A stretch of 64,000 nt of DNA from Okamejei kenojei (lineage: Eukaryota). The stretch is from the NCBI GenBank assembly GCA_035221665.1, contig CM069158.1:6882001-6946000 (forward strand), in the 5' to 3' direction. The translations under genes were made by a program, and so were the position numbers. Positions 13,093-26,599 of this stretch are shown one piece after another. Every line of letters begins with the position of its first letter. The stretch's first letter is position 1. The notes beneath the pieces are model-generated. The model did no database searches and was not told the origin of the DNA. It saw only the letters and a program-made list of their open reading frames with translations.

Positions 13093-13779
13093 CCTCACAC
13101 CCTCACACCCTCACACTCTCCCTCACACTCACAAGGCTTCTGAGGCTTCAGCAGTGGTCCCTATGGACGGTAATTAGTGACCGGTGCCGGCAGTTATCGA
13201 AAAAATCGCGTAAGCATGGCTTGAAATAAGCGGTTGCCCGGGTGCCATTGTAAACTTACAGTCCTGCCGGGCAACCTAAAAGCAGTGCCATTTTGCCCGG
13301 CTTGGCAAGCAACCGGGAAACCCGCCCGCCATCCATGTCCGGGTCTCGGCTCTCCGCTCGGTGCTAACACTCGGCTCTCGGCGCTAGCTCTCGGCTCTCT
13401 GCTCTACGCTCGGCTCTAGGCTCAGCTCTCGGGTCTCCGCTGTGCACGGCCGGCTGCCGAGCACATCATCGGCCGTGGTTGTGCGCATGTGCAGCACTGC
13501 ACATGCGCACTGCAACTGGTCGGCCTCGGCCACTTTCTCCCTCCCTTTGCATTGTGGGAGTTCTGGCCGCCAATGCTGTCCGGTCGCTGCCTCACCGTGA
13601 CCGCTGAAAAACAATGCAGAATCACTCCCTGGAGCTGGAGTAACTCTTGTTTCTTGGTTTCCTGGTCCTCCAAAAATATTCAAAATGGAATTTAAACTAG
13701 TGGACCCACCACCACCAAACTCCAAACTCTGGAAAAATAACAGCCTATTGCATTTTATCTGTTGACTTATTGTGTATAT

Positions 13780-14720
13780 GATTAGATTAGATTAGATTAC
13801 CTTTATTGTCATTCAGACCTTTCGGTCTGAACGAAATTTCGTGCCTGCAGTCATACATATAATAAAAGTAACAGAAACACACAATAAACACAAATTTAAC
13901 ATCCACCACAGTGAGTTCACCAAACACCTCCTCACTGTGATGGAAGGCAAAAGTCTTAGTCTTTGTCTCTTCCCTCCTTGTTCTCCCTCTGCGCTGAGGC
14001 GATCCAGGCCTCCGACGCCGCCGGCAACGCCTGAACGCCAGAACACCGCCACAGCACCAAAGTCAGGCCACAGCTCCAAGTCGGGCCACCGCCGCCACCG
14101 GAACGCCGGAGTGCCGCCACAGCTCCAAGTCGGGCCGCTGCCGCCGCCGGAGCGCCGCCACAGCTCCAAGTCGGGCCGCCGCCGCTGCTAGGCCGGGCCG
14201 CAGCTCCAAGTCGGGCCGCCGCCGCTGCTAGGCCGGGCCGCAGCTCCCAAGTCGGGCCGCTGCTGCTGCTAGGTCGGGCCGCAGCTCCAAGTCAGGCCGC
14301 TGCCGCTGCCGAAACGCCGGAGCGCCGCCACAGCTCCAAGTCGGGCCGCTGCCACCGCCGGAACGCCGGAGCGCCGCCACAGCTCCAAGTCGGGCCGCCG
14401 CCGCTGCTAGGTCGGGCCAGTCGGGCCACTGCCGCTGCTGGAACTGCCGCCACAGCCCCGAGGCCGTCAGCTCCGCCATTAGGCCTCAGCGCAGATGGAG
14501 ACAGGGGACACGACTAGAAAAGGTCGTATCCCCCAGAAGGAAGAGACTAAATCATGTTTCTCCCAACCCCTCCCCCCCCCCCCCCCCCCCCCCCCCCCAC
14601 ACTTACACAACCTAATAAACTAACTAAACTAAAACAGACATAAGAAAAACAACAACAAAAAGAAAAAACAAACGGACTGCAGGCGAGCCGCAGCTGCCAG
14701 GCAGCGCCGCCACTTCCGGT
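13780..14720 (-). mobile_element. Non-autonomous retroelement with a (ctaat)n tail and an internal GC-rich minisatellite (cagctccaagtcgggccgc..., about 14040-14460)
   Basis: Tail gattagattag at about 13780-13798. The 3' region resembles that at 53644-53828. Multiple degenerate tandem units. Confidence 0.6.
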
Positions 14721-15446
14721 TAAGATTCCAATAATATATATATGGTCTATGGTAGATAGACACACTGCACTTTTATCTCCTGTTCTGTATTATGTTTACA
14801 TATTCTGTTGTGCTGCAGCAAGCAAGAATTTCATTGCCCTATCTGCGACACATGACAATAAAACACTCTTGACTTGTACTTAAGCAAAAAAGGGTTCTTG
14901 GGGAAAAAAGAGCTACCTTAAATTTAGTTGTCTGGTTGGGTACCTATGGTAGGGTGAAGACTATTCCATGCTTTAATTGTGTGGGGGAACTCCATGGAGC
15001 AGCCAGCATCTCTGGATAGAAGAAATTGGGTGAAAATAGGAAGAAACCCTTCTTTAGATTTCCACTGATTTTAGTGTTTTTAGTTTAATTTAAAGATACA
15101 GCCTGGAAGCAGGCCCTTCAGAGGCCCTTAGAGATTTAAGACTGAAAATGGATAGTTTTTTTTTAGTAACCAAAGTTATCAATGTATAATTTTTTGTGTG
15201 TTGGAAAATAAAATATAGTGGCGCAGCAGGTTGACTTGCTGCCTCACACGCCAGAGATCTGTGTTCGATCCTGTTCTCGGGCACTGTCTGTGTTGAATTT
15301 GCATATTCTCCCTGCAAGCATGTGGGTTTCCTCCCACATCCCAAAGGTGCATTGGCTTTATAGGTTAACTTGTCTCTGTAAAATTGCCCCTGACGTATAG
15401 GGAGTGGGTGAGGAAAGTGGGATAACAGAACTTGTGCGAATGGGTA

Positions 15447-16380
15447 GACAAAAATGCTGGAGAAACTCAGCAGGTGAGGCAGCATTTATGGAGCGAAGAA
15501 AATAGGCAACGTTTTAGGATTGAGACCCTTCTTCAGACTGATGCGAGGGGGGTACGGGAAGACGAAAGGAAGAGGCGGAGACATTCGGCTGAGGGAGACC
15601 TGGGAAGCAGAGGAGAAAGCAGGGGACTACGTGAAATTGGAGGTCAATGTTCATACCGCTGGGGTGTAAACTGCCCAAGCGAAATATGAGGTGCTGCTCC
15701 TCCAATTTATGGTGGGCCTCACTCTGACCATGGAGGAGGCCCAGAACAGAAAGGTTGGATTCGGAATGGGAGGGGGGGTTGAAGTGCTGAGCCACCGAGA
15801 GATCAGGTTGGTTATTGCGAACCGAACGGAGTGTTGGGCGAAACGATCGCCAAGCCTACGCTTGGTCTCACTGATGTAGGGCAGCTGACACCTAGAGCAG
15901 CGGATGCAATAAATGAGGTTGGAGGAGTTGCAGGTGAACCTCTGCCGCACCTGGAAAGAAAGCTTGGGTCCTAGAATGGAGTCAAGGGGGGAGGTAAAGC
16001 ATTTCCTGCATTTGCAAGGGAAAGTGCCAGGAGAGTGGATAGTTTGGGTGGGAAGGGACGAATTGACCAGGGAGTTACAGAGGGAATGGTCTCTGCTGAA
16101 AGCTGACAGGGGAGGAGATGTGAAAATGTGGCCAGTGGTGGGATCCCATTGGTAGACAAAGCTGGAGAAAATCAGCAGGTGAGGAAGCATCTATGGAGCA
16201 AGGAATAGGCGATGTTTCGGATCGAGACCCTTCTTCAGACTGATGCCGGGAAGGGTGGGGGGCAGGTAAAATAAAGGAAGAGGCAGAGACAGTAGGCTAT
16301 GGGAGGGGAAGGAGGGAGAAAGCAAGGACTACCTGAAATTGGAGAAGCTAATGATCATACTGCTGGGGTGTAAACTACCC
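15447..16380 (-). mobile_element. Penelope-like element 3' part: GIY-YIG endonuclease remnant between two direct terminal repeats
   Basis: FTCNSSNLIYCIRCSRCQLPYISETKRRLGDRFAQH is the PLE GIY-YIG motif. Repeats start near 15447 and 16155. Confidence 0.88.
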
Positions 16381-16589
16381 ATCTGGGACACATGACAATA
16401 AAACTCTCTTGACTCTTGACTTGGACTTAAGCAAAGAGGGGTTCTTGGGGGGAGGGGGGGGGGGGAAGCTACCTTAAATTTAGTTGCGTCTGGTTGGTAC
16501 CTATGGTAGGGTGAAGACTATTCCATGCTTTAATTGTGCGAGGGAACTCCATGGAGCACCCAACATCTCTGGATAGAAAACATTGGGTG

Positions 16590-17705
16590 ACATAGAATCA
16601 TAGAAAATAGGTGCCGGAGTAGGCCATTCGGCCCTTCGTGCCTGCACCGCCATTCAATATGATCATGGCTGATCATCCAACTCGGTATCCTGTACCTGCC
16701 TTCTCTCCATACCCCCTGATCCCTTTAGCCACAAGGGCCACATCTAACTCCCTCTTAAATATAGCCAATGAACTGGCCTCAACTACCTTCTGTGGCAGAG
16801 AATTCTACAGACTCACCACTCTGTGTGTGAAAAATGATCTTCTCATCTGGTCCTAAAAGATTTCCCCCTTATCCTTAAACTGTGACCCCTTGTTCTGGAG
16901 TTCCCCAACATCGGGAACAATCTTCCTGCATCTAACCTGTCCAACCCCTTAAGAATTTTGTAAGTCTCTATAAGATCCCCCCCCTCAATCTCCGAAATTC
17001 CAGCGAGTGCAAGCCGAGTCTATCCAGTCTTTCTTCATATGGAAGTCCTACCATCCCAGGAATCAGTCTGGTGAACCTTCTCTGTACTCCCACTATGGCA
17101 AGAATGTCTTTCCTCAGATTAGGAGACCAAAACTGTATGCAATGCTCCAGGTGTGGCCTCACCAAGTAGTAGAGCCTCTCTGCTCTTGTACTCAAATCCT
17201 TTTGCTATGAATGCCAACATACCATTCGCTTTCTTCACAGCCTGCTGCACCTGCATACCTACTTTCAATGACTGGTGTACCATGACACTCAGGTCTCCTT
17301 TTCCTAATCGGCCACCGTTCAGATAATAGTCTACCCTCTTGTTTTTGCAGCCAAAGTGGATAACCTCACGTTTATCCACATTATACTGCATCTGCCATGC
17401 ATTTGCCCACTCACCCAACCTATCCAAGTCACCTTGCAGCCTCCTAGCATCCTCCTCACAACTAACACTGCCCCCCAGCTTCGTGTCATCCGCAAACCTG
17501 GAGATGTTGCATTCAATTCCCTCATCCAGATCATTAATATATATTGTAAATAGCTGGGGTCCCAGCACTGAGCTTTGCGGTACCCCACCAGTCACTGCCT
17601 GCCATTCTGAAAATGACCTATTTACTCCCACTCTTTGCTTCCTGTCTGCCAGCCAATTCTTTATCCACATCAACACTGAACCCCCAATACCATGTGATTT
17701 AAGTT
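16590..17705 (-). mobile_element. 5'-truncated CR1 LINE
   Basis: RT motifs GVPQSSVLGP, FADDTKL and HLEHCIQFWSP, with a (ttctatg)n-type tail at the low end. Confidence 0.93.
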
Positions 17706-17739
17706 TGAATGCTAAGTTTGACAGCACCCATATTCAGGA

Positions 17740-18121
17740 TCAATTCCGGGTGAAAACGACCACCTTCGACTACACCACCTACCTTCGAATATACTATCTA
17801 CGTCTACGTTCGATTACCTTCGATTGCCTACGAATAACCTACTATGGCCTAGTTCAACTAAAGCTACGAGTAAAAATGTTTTTTTTTTTGTTTTTTTTTT
17901 CCCCCCCTAAGCCAACCCATTTTTACTTGCGGACAATTTTCAGCATGCTAACAAATACTCCTCGACCAAACTGAGGGCTCGAGTATGCAGGAACGTCTCT
18001 CGAGCATAAAGGAGCATAACATTGACCTCCTAGGACCCTGTGTCGATCATGCAGCGAGTTTGAGTCGAGCGCAAACTCTTCTAAACTTGCAAATTAGGTC
18101 CCCGCATTGGGACAGGCCCTT
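17740..18121. mobile_element. Partial PIF/Harbinger-like MITE
   Basis: Ends in tgggacaggccctt, the same TIR class as 49722-50024. Left end not seen. Confidence 0.55.
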
Positions 18122-18197
18122 TACTTCCTCTAAATGATGTAGAAGTGCAGGAACAGTCGGCGATTAGATATAGCAAACTAAAAAGATTTGTCATAAA

Positions 18198-18770
18198 TTA
18201 GAGGGCTGAGAATGGGTCAAGCCCTGGGTAAGAGTAATGGTACAGGATTTGGATCCAATATGTTATTTGGATCTGAGAAAAATGATCAGGCGAAAAGATT
18301 TTCAAAAAAGAGAATATAAAGAAAGCGCGAAAACGGAAACCTAAGCCAAATATCCCTGCGGACCCCTTGTCTGGCATGGCGACCCAGTTTATAAAAGAGA
18401 TGGATGAGGAACAAATTCGGGGGGAATGAGGAATAAAGTCTCGGAATAGCGTTGACCACCTCCCCCCATCTGCCCTGGCCACCAGTACCTCACAGCAGGA
18501 GCTACCCCACTAAGATCCCTTTGGGAGGGGGGCTCCGGCACCCCTACAGGGAAGGGCATCCCCAGAGGAAAATGATACTGATGGCGATTCGGAGACTGAA
18601 ACGAAGATGAGAAAGAAGGGAAAGGGCTGAGGCAGAAGAGGAAGGAGGAGCAGTATTGAATCCAGCAGTGAGAGAGTTAATGCAGAGCACCAGAGAGACA
18701 GGATTCAAATCAAAAAAGACTGAAAAGGGAAAAAAAAAGATGATGCTGAGGCACTGTACCTTGACGACCC
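18198..18770 (+). mobile_element. Second fragment of the ERV gag-like region, in opposite orientation to 5900-6450
   Basis: About 18575-18735 is the reverse complement of about 5920-6095. The shared peptide NSLTAGFNTAPPSSSASALSLL appears in ORFs 5942(+) and 18544(-). Confidence 0.75.
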
Positions 18771-19695
18771 CTGACTGACTCAATGCTTGAAACTGTTGAT
18801 ATGCAGTGGCGGACCTACATTTTGGGGGCCCTGAAACTTGAACTGTTATGGGGGGGCCCTTCTCAACCAGCAACGAGGTCTGGGAAACCACTGTGATCTT
18901 CCTCAATGAGGTTGTCCCACAACAGATCACCGCAAATTTTAATTTCTGTCATGGATGTTAATAGTGTTTTAAATTATTTTATGTTAAATATTTAGAATGA
19001 AACATCCTTAATTTGAATGTTTTTTTTGCTTACGGCTAGCCTACATGATACTTTAATAACCTTTTGATTTGTATTTAAACTATTATTTTGTATTGAATTA
19101 TACTATTGTTAATATTGTTATTTTAGAAAAACCCCTTCTCATACAGTAGAGCCAAAATTTTTAAGCAATGTGGACTAAGCATATTTACCTCTGGGGGAAA
19201 AAAAGTAGGAAGTGTTGGCCGGGGTTCCAGGAGGCTGGCTAGGCCCCTGGCGGGGTCCAGGGGTAGCTCCCCGGTGGGGGTTCAGGGCGCAACTCCTGCA
19301 TTTCCAATAAATTGAAAGTGATTCTCAATCTTTCTGCTGGTAGCTTACATAACAGAAGCTTAGAATTTTTCTAACACATAAGCAGTAAAATAACCCCCAA
19401 ACTATATATTTTTCATGAAATAGACAATAAGTGCAGGAGTATGCCATTCGGCCCTTCGAGCCAGCACTGCCATTCACTGTGATCATGGCTGATAATCCAC
19501 AATCAGTACCCTGTTCCTGCCTTCTCCCCATGTCCCTTGACTCCGCTATCTTTAAGAGCTCTATCTATCTCTCTCTTGAAAGCCTTCAGAGAATTGGCGA
19601 TGAAGGAGACGAGAACTTTAACCAACAGTCTGCACACGGTCTATACCAGCTGTCCCACGGCTCAGCGGTAACAGTGTGCTGATAAGGAAAAAGCT

Positions 19696-21791
19696 TTCAA
19701 GATTCGTGATTCAAGATAATTTATTGTCATGTGTCCCTGATTGGACAATGAAATTCTTGCTTTGCTTCAGCATAACAGCACATAATAGGCATTGACTACA
19801 AAACAGATCAGTGTGTCCATAAACCATTATATAAATATATACACACATGAATAAATAAACTGATAAAGTGCAAATAACAGATAATGGGCTATTAATATTC
19901 AGAAATTTGTCCGAGCCAAGTTCAATAGCCTGATGGCTGTGGGGAAGTAGCTATTCCTGAACCTGATCGTTGCAGTTTTCGGGCTGCTGTACCTTCTACC
20001 TGAAGGTAGGAGGGAGATGAGTGTGTGGCCAGGATGGTGTGGGTCCTTGATGATACTGCCAGCCTTTTTGAGGCAGCAACTGCGATAGATCCCCTCGATG
20101 GAAGGGAGATCAGAGCCGATGATGGACTGGGCAGTGTTTACTACTTTTTGTAGTCTTTTTCTCTGCAAGGTGCTAAAGTTGCCGAACCAAGCCATTATGC
20201 AAACAGTCAGCATGCTCTCTACTGTGCACCTATAGAGGTTAGAGAGAGTCCTCCTTGACAAACCGACTCCCCGTAATCTTCTCAGGAAGTAGAGGCGCTG
20301 ATGTGCTTTCTTAATAATTGCATCAGTGTTCTAGGACCAGGAAAGATCTTCAGAGATGTGCACGCCCAGGAATTTGAAGCTCTTGACCCTTTCAACCATC
20401 GACCCGTTGATATTAAACGGGACTGTGGGTCCTCATTCTACTCCTTCCAAAGTCCACAATCAGTTTTATTGGTGTTGAGGGCCAGGTTATTGTGCTGGCA
20501 CCATATGGACATTCGCTCGATCTCTCTTCTATACTCTGACTCATCCCCATCAGTGATACGTCCCACAACAGTGGTGTCGTCAGCAAACTTGATGATGGAG
20601 TTCGCACTATAACAGGCTACGCAGTCATGAGTATAGAGTCAGTACAGCAGGGGGCTGAGCACACAGCCATGAGGTGCTCCCGTGCTGATTGTTATCGATT
20701 CTGACACATTTCCACCAATACGAACAGACTGTGGTCTGTGAATGAGGAAGTCGTGGATCCAATTGCAGAGGGATGCGCATAGACCCAGATCTGAGAGTTT
20801 GGTAACCAGTTAGGAGGGGATGATTGTTCTTTAATGCCGAGCTGTAATCAATGAATAACAGCCTGATATATGAGTTTTTGTTGTCCAAGTGGTCCAGAGC
20901 GCAGTGGAGGGCCAGCGAGCTGGCATCCACTGTTGATCTATTGTGGTGGTAAGCGAGCTGCAGTGGGTCCAGGCTTTTGTCGAGGTAGGAGTTGATTTGC
21001 TCCATGATCAACCTCTCAAAACATTTCATCACCACAGGCGTTAGTGCCACAGGTCGATCGTCATTGAGGCACGTCACCTTACTCTTCTTGGTCACTGGTA
21101 TTATTGATGCCCTTTTGAGGCAGGTGGGGACCTCAGACCTCAGAAGTGAGAGGTTGAAAATGTCCATAAAATCTCCAGCCAGTTGGTCCGCACAGGTTTT
21201 TAGAACACGACCAGGTATACCATCAGGTCCAGGCGCTTTTCGAGGGTTCACCCCTCTGAAGGATTTTCTGTGAGTGAGACTGAGACTGAAATACCATCAC
21301 AGCGCATGGGGGCTCGGGAAGGCACATCGGTGTTCTCCCTATCAAAGCGTGCGTAAAACGCATTGAGCTCATCAGGGAGTGATGTTTCGCCGACATTCGA
21401 GCTGCCTTCTGGTTTTGCCTTGTAGGAGGTGATTGCATTCAGGCCCCGCCACAGCTGCCGAACATCTGTCTAATCCTCCAGTTTGGAGCAGAAGTCCCTT
21501 TTGGCCTTTTTAATGGCCTTACCAAGGTCGTATATGGACTTATTGTATCATCCTGTATCATCTTGTTTCATCAGATGAATGCTCGGTGACTGGTCTTCAG
21601 AAGAGTGCGGTTCTCAAAGTTCATCCAAGGTTTCTGATTGGGAAACACTTGGCAGGTTTTTGTGGGGATGCAGTCCTCCACACATTTCTTAATGAAGTCT
21701 GTTACGACTGTGGCGTATTCATTGAAGTCCGTTGCCGAGTCCTTGAACATTGCCTGGTCTACAGACTCCAAACAGTCCTGTAATTGGTCCT

Positions 21792-21822
<31 letters not shown>

Positions 21823-22775
21823 GACCAGCTCTGTACTGTCCTCACCTCTGGGGGTGCGCTCTTTAATTGCTGCCTGTAGGCAGGAAGAAGCAGCACCGCG
21901 GTATTGTCGGATTTATCGAAGTGAGGGTGAGGGATAGAGCGATATCCATTCTTGATGGTGGTGTAGCAGTGGTCGATGGTGTTTGGTCCTCTGGTGCAGC
22001 AGGAGACATGTTGGTGGAAGTTAGGGAGCGATTTCTTTAGGTTTGCCTTCAAGTTCCCAGCAATGGTGGTAAATGCCTCGGGATAAGACGTCTGATGTTT
22101 GTTGACCAAGGTGTGCAGCTCCTCCAGTGCCAGACGGACGTCTGCCTGGGGTGGGATGTAGACCGCGGTCAGGATGATGGAGGTGAATTCCCTCGGAAGG
22201 TAGAAGGGACGGCACTTCATCGCCAGATGTTCGAGGTGTGGAGAGCAGGTGTTGGACAGGACTGCCAAGTGTGAGCACCACGCAGAGTTGACCATGAGGC
22301 AGACACCCCCTCCTCTCCCTTTCCCAGATGCCAGTGTACGGTCCATACGGTGGATGGAGAACCCTTCAGGCTGGACCGCTGAGTCTCGAGAGCTGGGGGT
22401 GAGCCATGTCTCTGAGAAACAGAACGCAGAGCATTCCCTCAGCTCCCTTTGATAAAGCAGCCTTGGCCTTAAGTCCACTTTGTTTTCAAGGGACTGTACA
22501 TTGGCCAGTAGGATATTAGGGAGAGGGGGCCAAAGTCCCCTGCGCTTCAGTCTGACCTGAAGTCCTGCCCGTCGGCCACATTTCCGGACACAATGGAGAC
22601 TTCCCCTTTGTTTCCAGGTACTGTACATGCTGTTTCTGCGGACCTGTGCTCGAACGGGGATTTCTTCATAGACGGCAGCTCCAGCTCCGTAACGAACGGG
22701 GGTTTCCTGTCTGTTTGCAAGTACAGAGATAAGAAGGACGCCATGGCAAGATTGTAGTATATAGCTAACATTGCA
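19696..22775 (-). mobile_element. Near full-length degenerate Rex1/Babar-type LINE (APE endonuclease plus RT, frameshifted)
   Basis: ORF 21759..22628 has FSETWL, GRGGGVC and YLPREF..AVYIPP. ORF 20625..21251 has [21 protein letters not shown]...[14 protein letters not shown]...LLFIDYSSA. (cttgaa)n-like tail near 19696-19715. Confidence 0.9.
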
Positions 22776-24083
22776 AAGATAAGTAAGGTGTCATTGTAGT
22801 TGTTTTAAGTACTAAATTAAAATAGAAACATAGAAATTAGGTGCCTTCAGCCCTGCAGAAAACATGGCTGATGTATCTTGGTGGGGCCACATCCAACTCA
22901 CTCTTAAATATAGCTGAACTGCCTCAAAAAAGAGAAAACTGCGAAGTTTGTAGAAAAGCGTGCAAAGTTGTAGAGATAAGTAATGTCTTGTTATTGGATA
23001 GGCTTGATGTGGGCATAGTTTTTCTAGTGTTCGAAAAAGCTGCAGAACCTTCCAATCGTGCCATATATGGACATGGTAGGATTGTTTACTGATAAGATAT
23101 TTGTATAACTATACTATCTCTCCTTTGTCTCGGTGAGTTGGACCATGAGGGAGCTGAGGGAAGCTCCTCCTGCCAACTCTCGCCTGGCGTTACAATAGAA
23201 GAATCTTGCTTTACTTAGGTTGTCAGTGAAGGGTTAAAGAACTTTAACAATTACTTCCTCTAAATGATGTAACAGTGCAGATTTACATAACTGACCTGTT
23301 AAACATTTATGATATATAAAGCAGATTATAGGTTATGACAGAAATTTAAAATGTTTGTAAGACCTGGCTCTCGAAATCAGTGACATCGTGGCCCTTCATC
23401 TTTCTGTTAAATCTATCCCCTCTCAGCTTAAACCAATGCCCTCTCGTTCTTCATTTGCCAACTCTGGAGCGGAAACAACTCTTTGCCCTATCTATTCCCC
23501 TCATGCTTTTATACATCTCCAAGTTCACCACTCGGCCTCCTGCACTACAAGAAATAAAGTTTTGGATTGCCCAGCCTCTCCCCATGGCTCAGGCCCTCAA
23601 TTCCTGGCAACATCCTCAAATCTTTTCGGCACTCTTTCCAGCCTAATGCCATCTTTCCTTCAGCAGGGTGACCAAAGCTGAAATCAATGCTTCACGCGCA
23701 GCCTCATCAGCTTGTAAAACTGTAACATAGTGTCCCAACTTCTATGCTCCATTTCCCAACTAATGAAGACCAGCATGCCAAAAAGTTGCGTTCACCACCC
23801 TGTCTATCTGCAATGCTGGAACTGTACAGCAAAGAAACAAGCCCTTTGGATACAATGTCTGAGCCGAATATGATGCCAAGATAAACTTATCTCATCTGCC
23901 TGCACGTGATCCATTCCTGGCATATCAATGTGCCTCTTAAATGCCACTATCATATCTGCCTCCACTACCCCTGGTAGAGAAATCACTAATTCTTTGTCTT
24001 GGAGGAAATGCCCTGGTCAACTTACCTCAGTATCTTTAATACATGCCAATGTTGCTGTGGGCTCTATTAGTGCAATACTAATG

Positions 24084-24504
24084 TGTAGATGGTATGTGTA
24101 TACACCTTTAATTGATAGTGACGATGTCCATGCTAACCACTCCCCCCACCAGTTAGTATAATTGTAACCCACACGCCCCTAGCTCTCTCTCTGGTGATCG
24201 TGACAGACCACGTACAGCTAGGGCTATATCATGTATGATTAATAAAGTAGTGAAGACCTTAAGGTGTCTGTGTACTTTCTCTACATGTTTTTTTTTTTAA
24301 CCATGTAGAGAAAGTCCACAGACACCTTAAGGTCTTCACTACTTTATTAATCATACATCATATAGCCCTAGCTGTATGTGGTCTGTCACGATCACCAGAG
24401 AGAGAGCTAGGGGCGTGTGGGTTACAATTATACTAACTGGTGGGGGAGTGGTTAGCATGGACATCGTCACTATCAATTAAAGGTGTATACACATACCATC
24501 TACA
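24084..24504. mobile_element. Two ~200-bp LTRs in inverted, tail-to-tail arrangement flanked by one 5-bp TSD
   Basis: Arms 24084-24285 and 24304-24504 are reverse complements, each TGTAG...CTACA with AATAAA. TAATG occurs at 24079-24083 and 24505-24509. Confidence 0.88.
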
Positions 24505-26599
24505 TAATGGTAGATGAAATTAGTGGTAAAACTATGTGAAGAATCCATTCAACTGGAATATGCACAGGTCTTTAAAGGCACAGATGACTCTTTTTCAGTG
24601 TCATCTTCCCCACCTTAAGGTGCCAGTTAGCACAGAGCTATGATTCCAGTGACTTATGTTAACTTGAATGTCTACTTGTTTTTTAAATTTGCAGCGATTC
24701 TCTGCAGAGAGAATGGCACAGGTATCTGCCATTCATCTACATGACTTTGTGTTAGTTTCCAGTTAGTAATTGGGACCACGCGACCCATCTTGGTTCAATG
24801 AATGTCACAGCAATGGAAGTACACAAACATTCAGATAGGATCAGGAATGACAAATGTGACCATTCAAAAAAGTCATGACAATCAACAGCATCTTCCCGCT
24901 TGTTTATTGTTTATTTTTAGTCAAGAGATACAGCGCGGAAACAGGCCCTTCAGCACACCGGGTCCGCGCCGACCAACGATCCCCGCACATTAACACTATC
25001 CTACACACAACATACTAGGGGCAATTCTTACATTTACTAAGACAATTAACCTGCAAACCTGTACATCTTTGGAGTGTGGGAGGAAACCGAAGATCTCTGA
25101 GAAAAACCACGAATGTTCCTGCTTCTCTCAGTCCTAAGTGGCTAAAGCCTTATTCTGAGTCTTTGCCACCTGATTGCAGATTTTCCCACTAAAGAAATAT
25201 CTTTGCAGCAGCTATGCTGTCGGGTCACCTCATAATCTTGCATCTAATAACTTCTCATTCTTCTGAACTCCAGAAACCATACACCCCATTTGCTCACCCT
25301 TTCCTCATAAGAGTGTCTCCTCAGGATCCCGGAATTAATTGCCTGAACATTTGCTGCGCTATTTCTTAAAGCAACTACCTTTTCTCAAATGACATCAGAA
25401 CTCTGCATGTGGTGAACTAAGATCATTAATTGATCAATCATAAATAATAAACTAACAATTGGGTTTAGAGTCATACAGCTTAGAAAAAGGCCTTTCGGCT
25501 CAACTTGCGCACGCCAACCAACATGCCTTATCAATGTTAGTCCTAATGTTTCTTAAACGTTGCAAAAGTACCAGCCTCAACTATCTCCTCCGGCAACTCG
25601 TTCCATACACCCACCGCCCTTTGTGTGAAAAAGTTACCCTTCAGCGTATTAAATCTTCCCCCCCCCCCACCTTAAACCTATGTCCTCTGGTTCTCGATTT
25701 CCCCCACTCTGGGCACGAGACTCTGAGTCTACCTGATCTTGTTCCCCTCATGATTTTGTACACCTCTATAAGATCACCTCTCATCCTCCTGCGTTCCAAG
25801 GTATAGAATCCTAGCCTGCTCAACCTCTCCCTATGGCTCAGACCCTCGACAACATCTTTGTAAATCTTCTCTGCGCCCTTTCCAGCTGGAAGCGATTGAA
25901 CTGTAATCCAGTTGGACCTTTCAGTTCCACTGTGTTTTCTTAGCCTCTCCATGTTGGTTCCCATTATCAAATTGTCCTCTAGATTTGGTCTCTCCAAAAA
26001 GCCACATCCCCTGGATCGATGACTGGCATCCTCTCATCCTGGCTTTTCCATTACATTAATGGATTGCCGCGCTATTACTGAGATCTGCAAATATGATAAA
26101 ATGGCTGGATGAGGGTTAACAGAATATTATAATTCCTCTGCTTTCCTATTTTTGGCAAACATTAGTACTATTTGAAGTCCCACTTTTGTATTTAAATCTT
26201 AAGTTAAATAGATCTTCAGATGCTGCTTGACTACTAAGTTCATCTAGCGTTTTTTTTTTTTACTGCTCCAGAATCCAGCTTCTGCAGTCTCTTGTGTGTC
26301 TCCAATATAAAAGTTATCTTGAATTTCGCGATCAGGTCTTCATTTATTTCCCATTCGTACTATCACAGGGTCCAGCTTCAAACCCAATTAGATCTTGTGC
26401 TGTGACCATATCAACACATTTGCAGGAAGTTTGGATTGTGGGTATTTTGGGTGTTCACTCAAAGTTTAAGGTGAATTAAATGACAAAAGTGCTTCAGGGT
26501 AGGTTGTAGAAGTTCAAGAAAATAGCCCAAAGAGCACTTCATATGGCAGTCCATTGCTAGTACCATCTTTAAGTATGTAAATATTTGGACTTTCTGCAG

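Noticed and set aside
14040-14460. CRISPR-like repeat array
   Set aside because: Eukaryotic context. The 'spacers' are themselves repetitive, so this is a minisatellite inside a retroelement.
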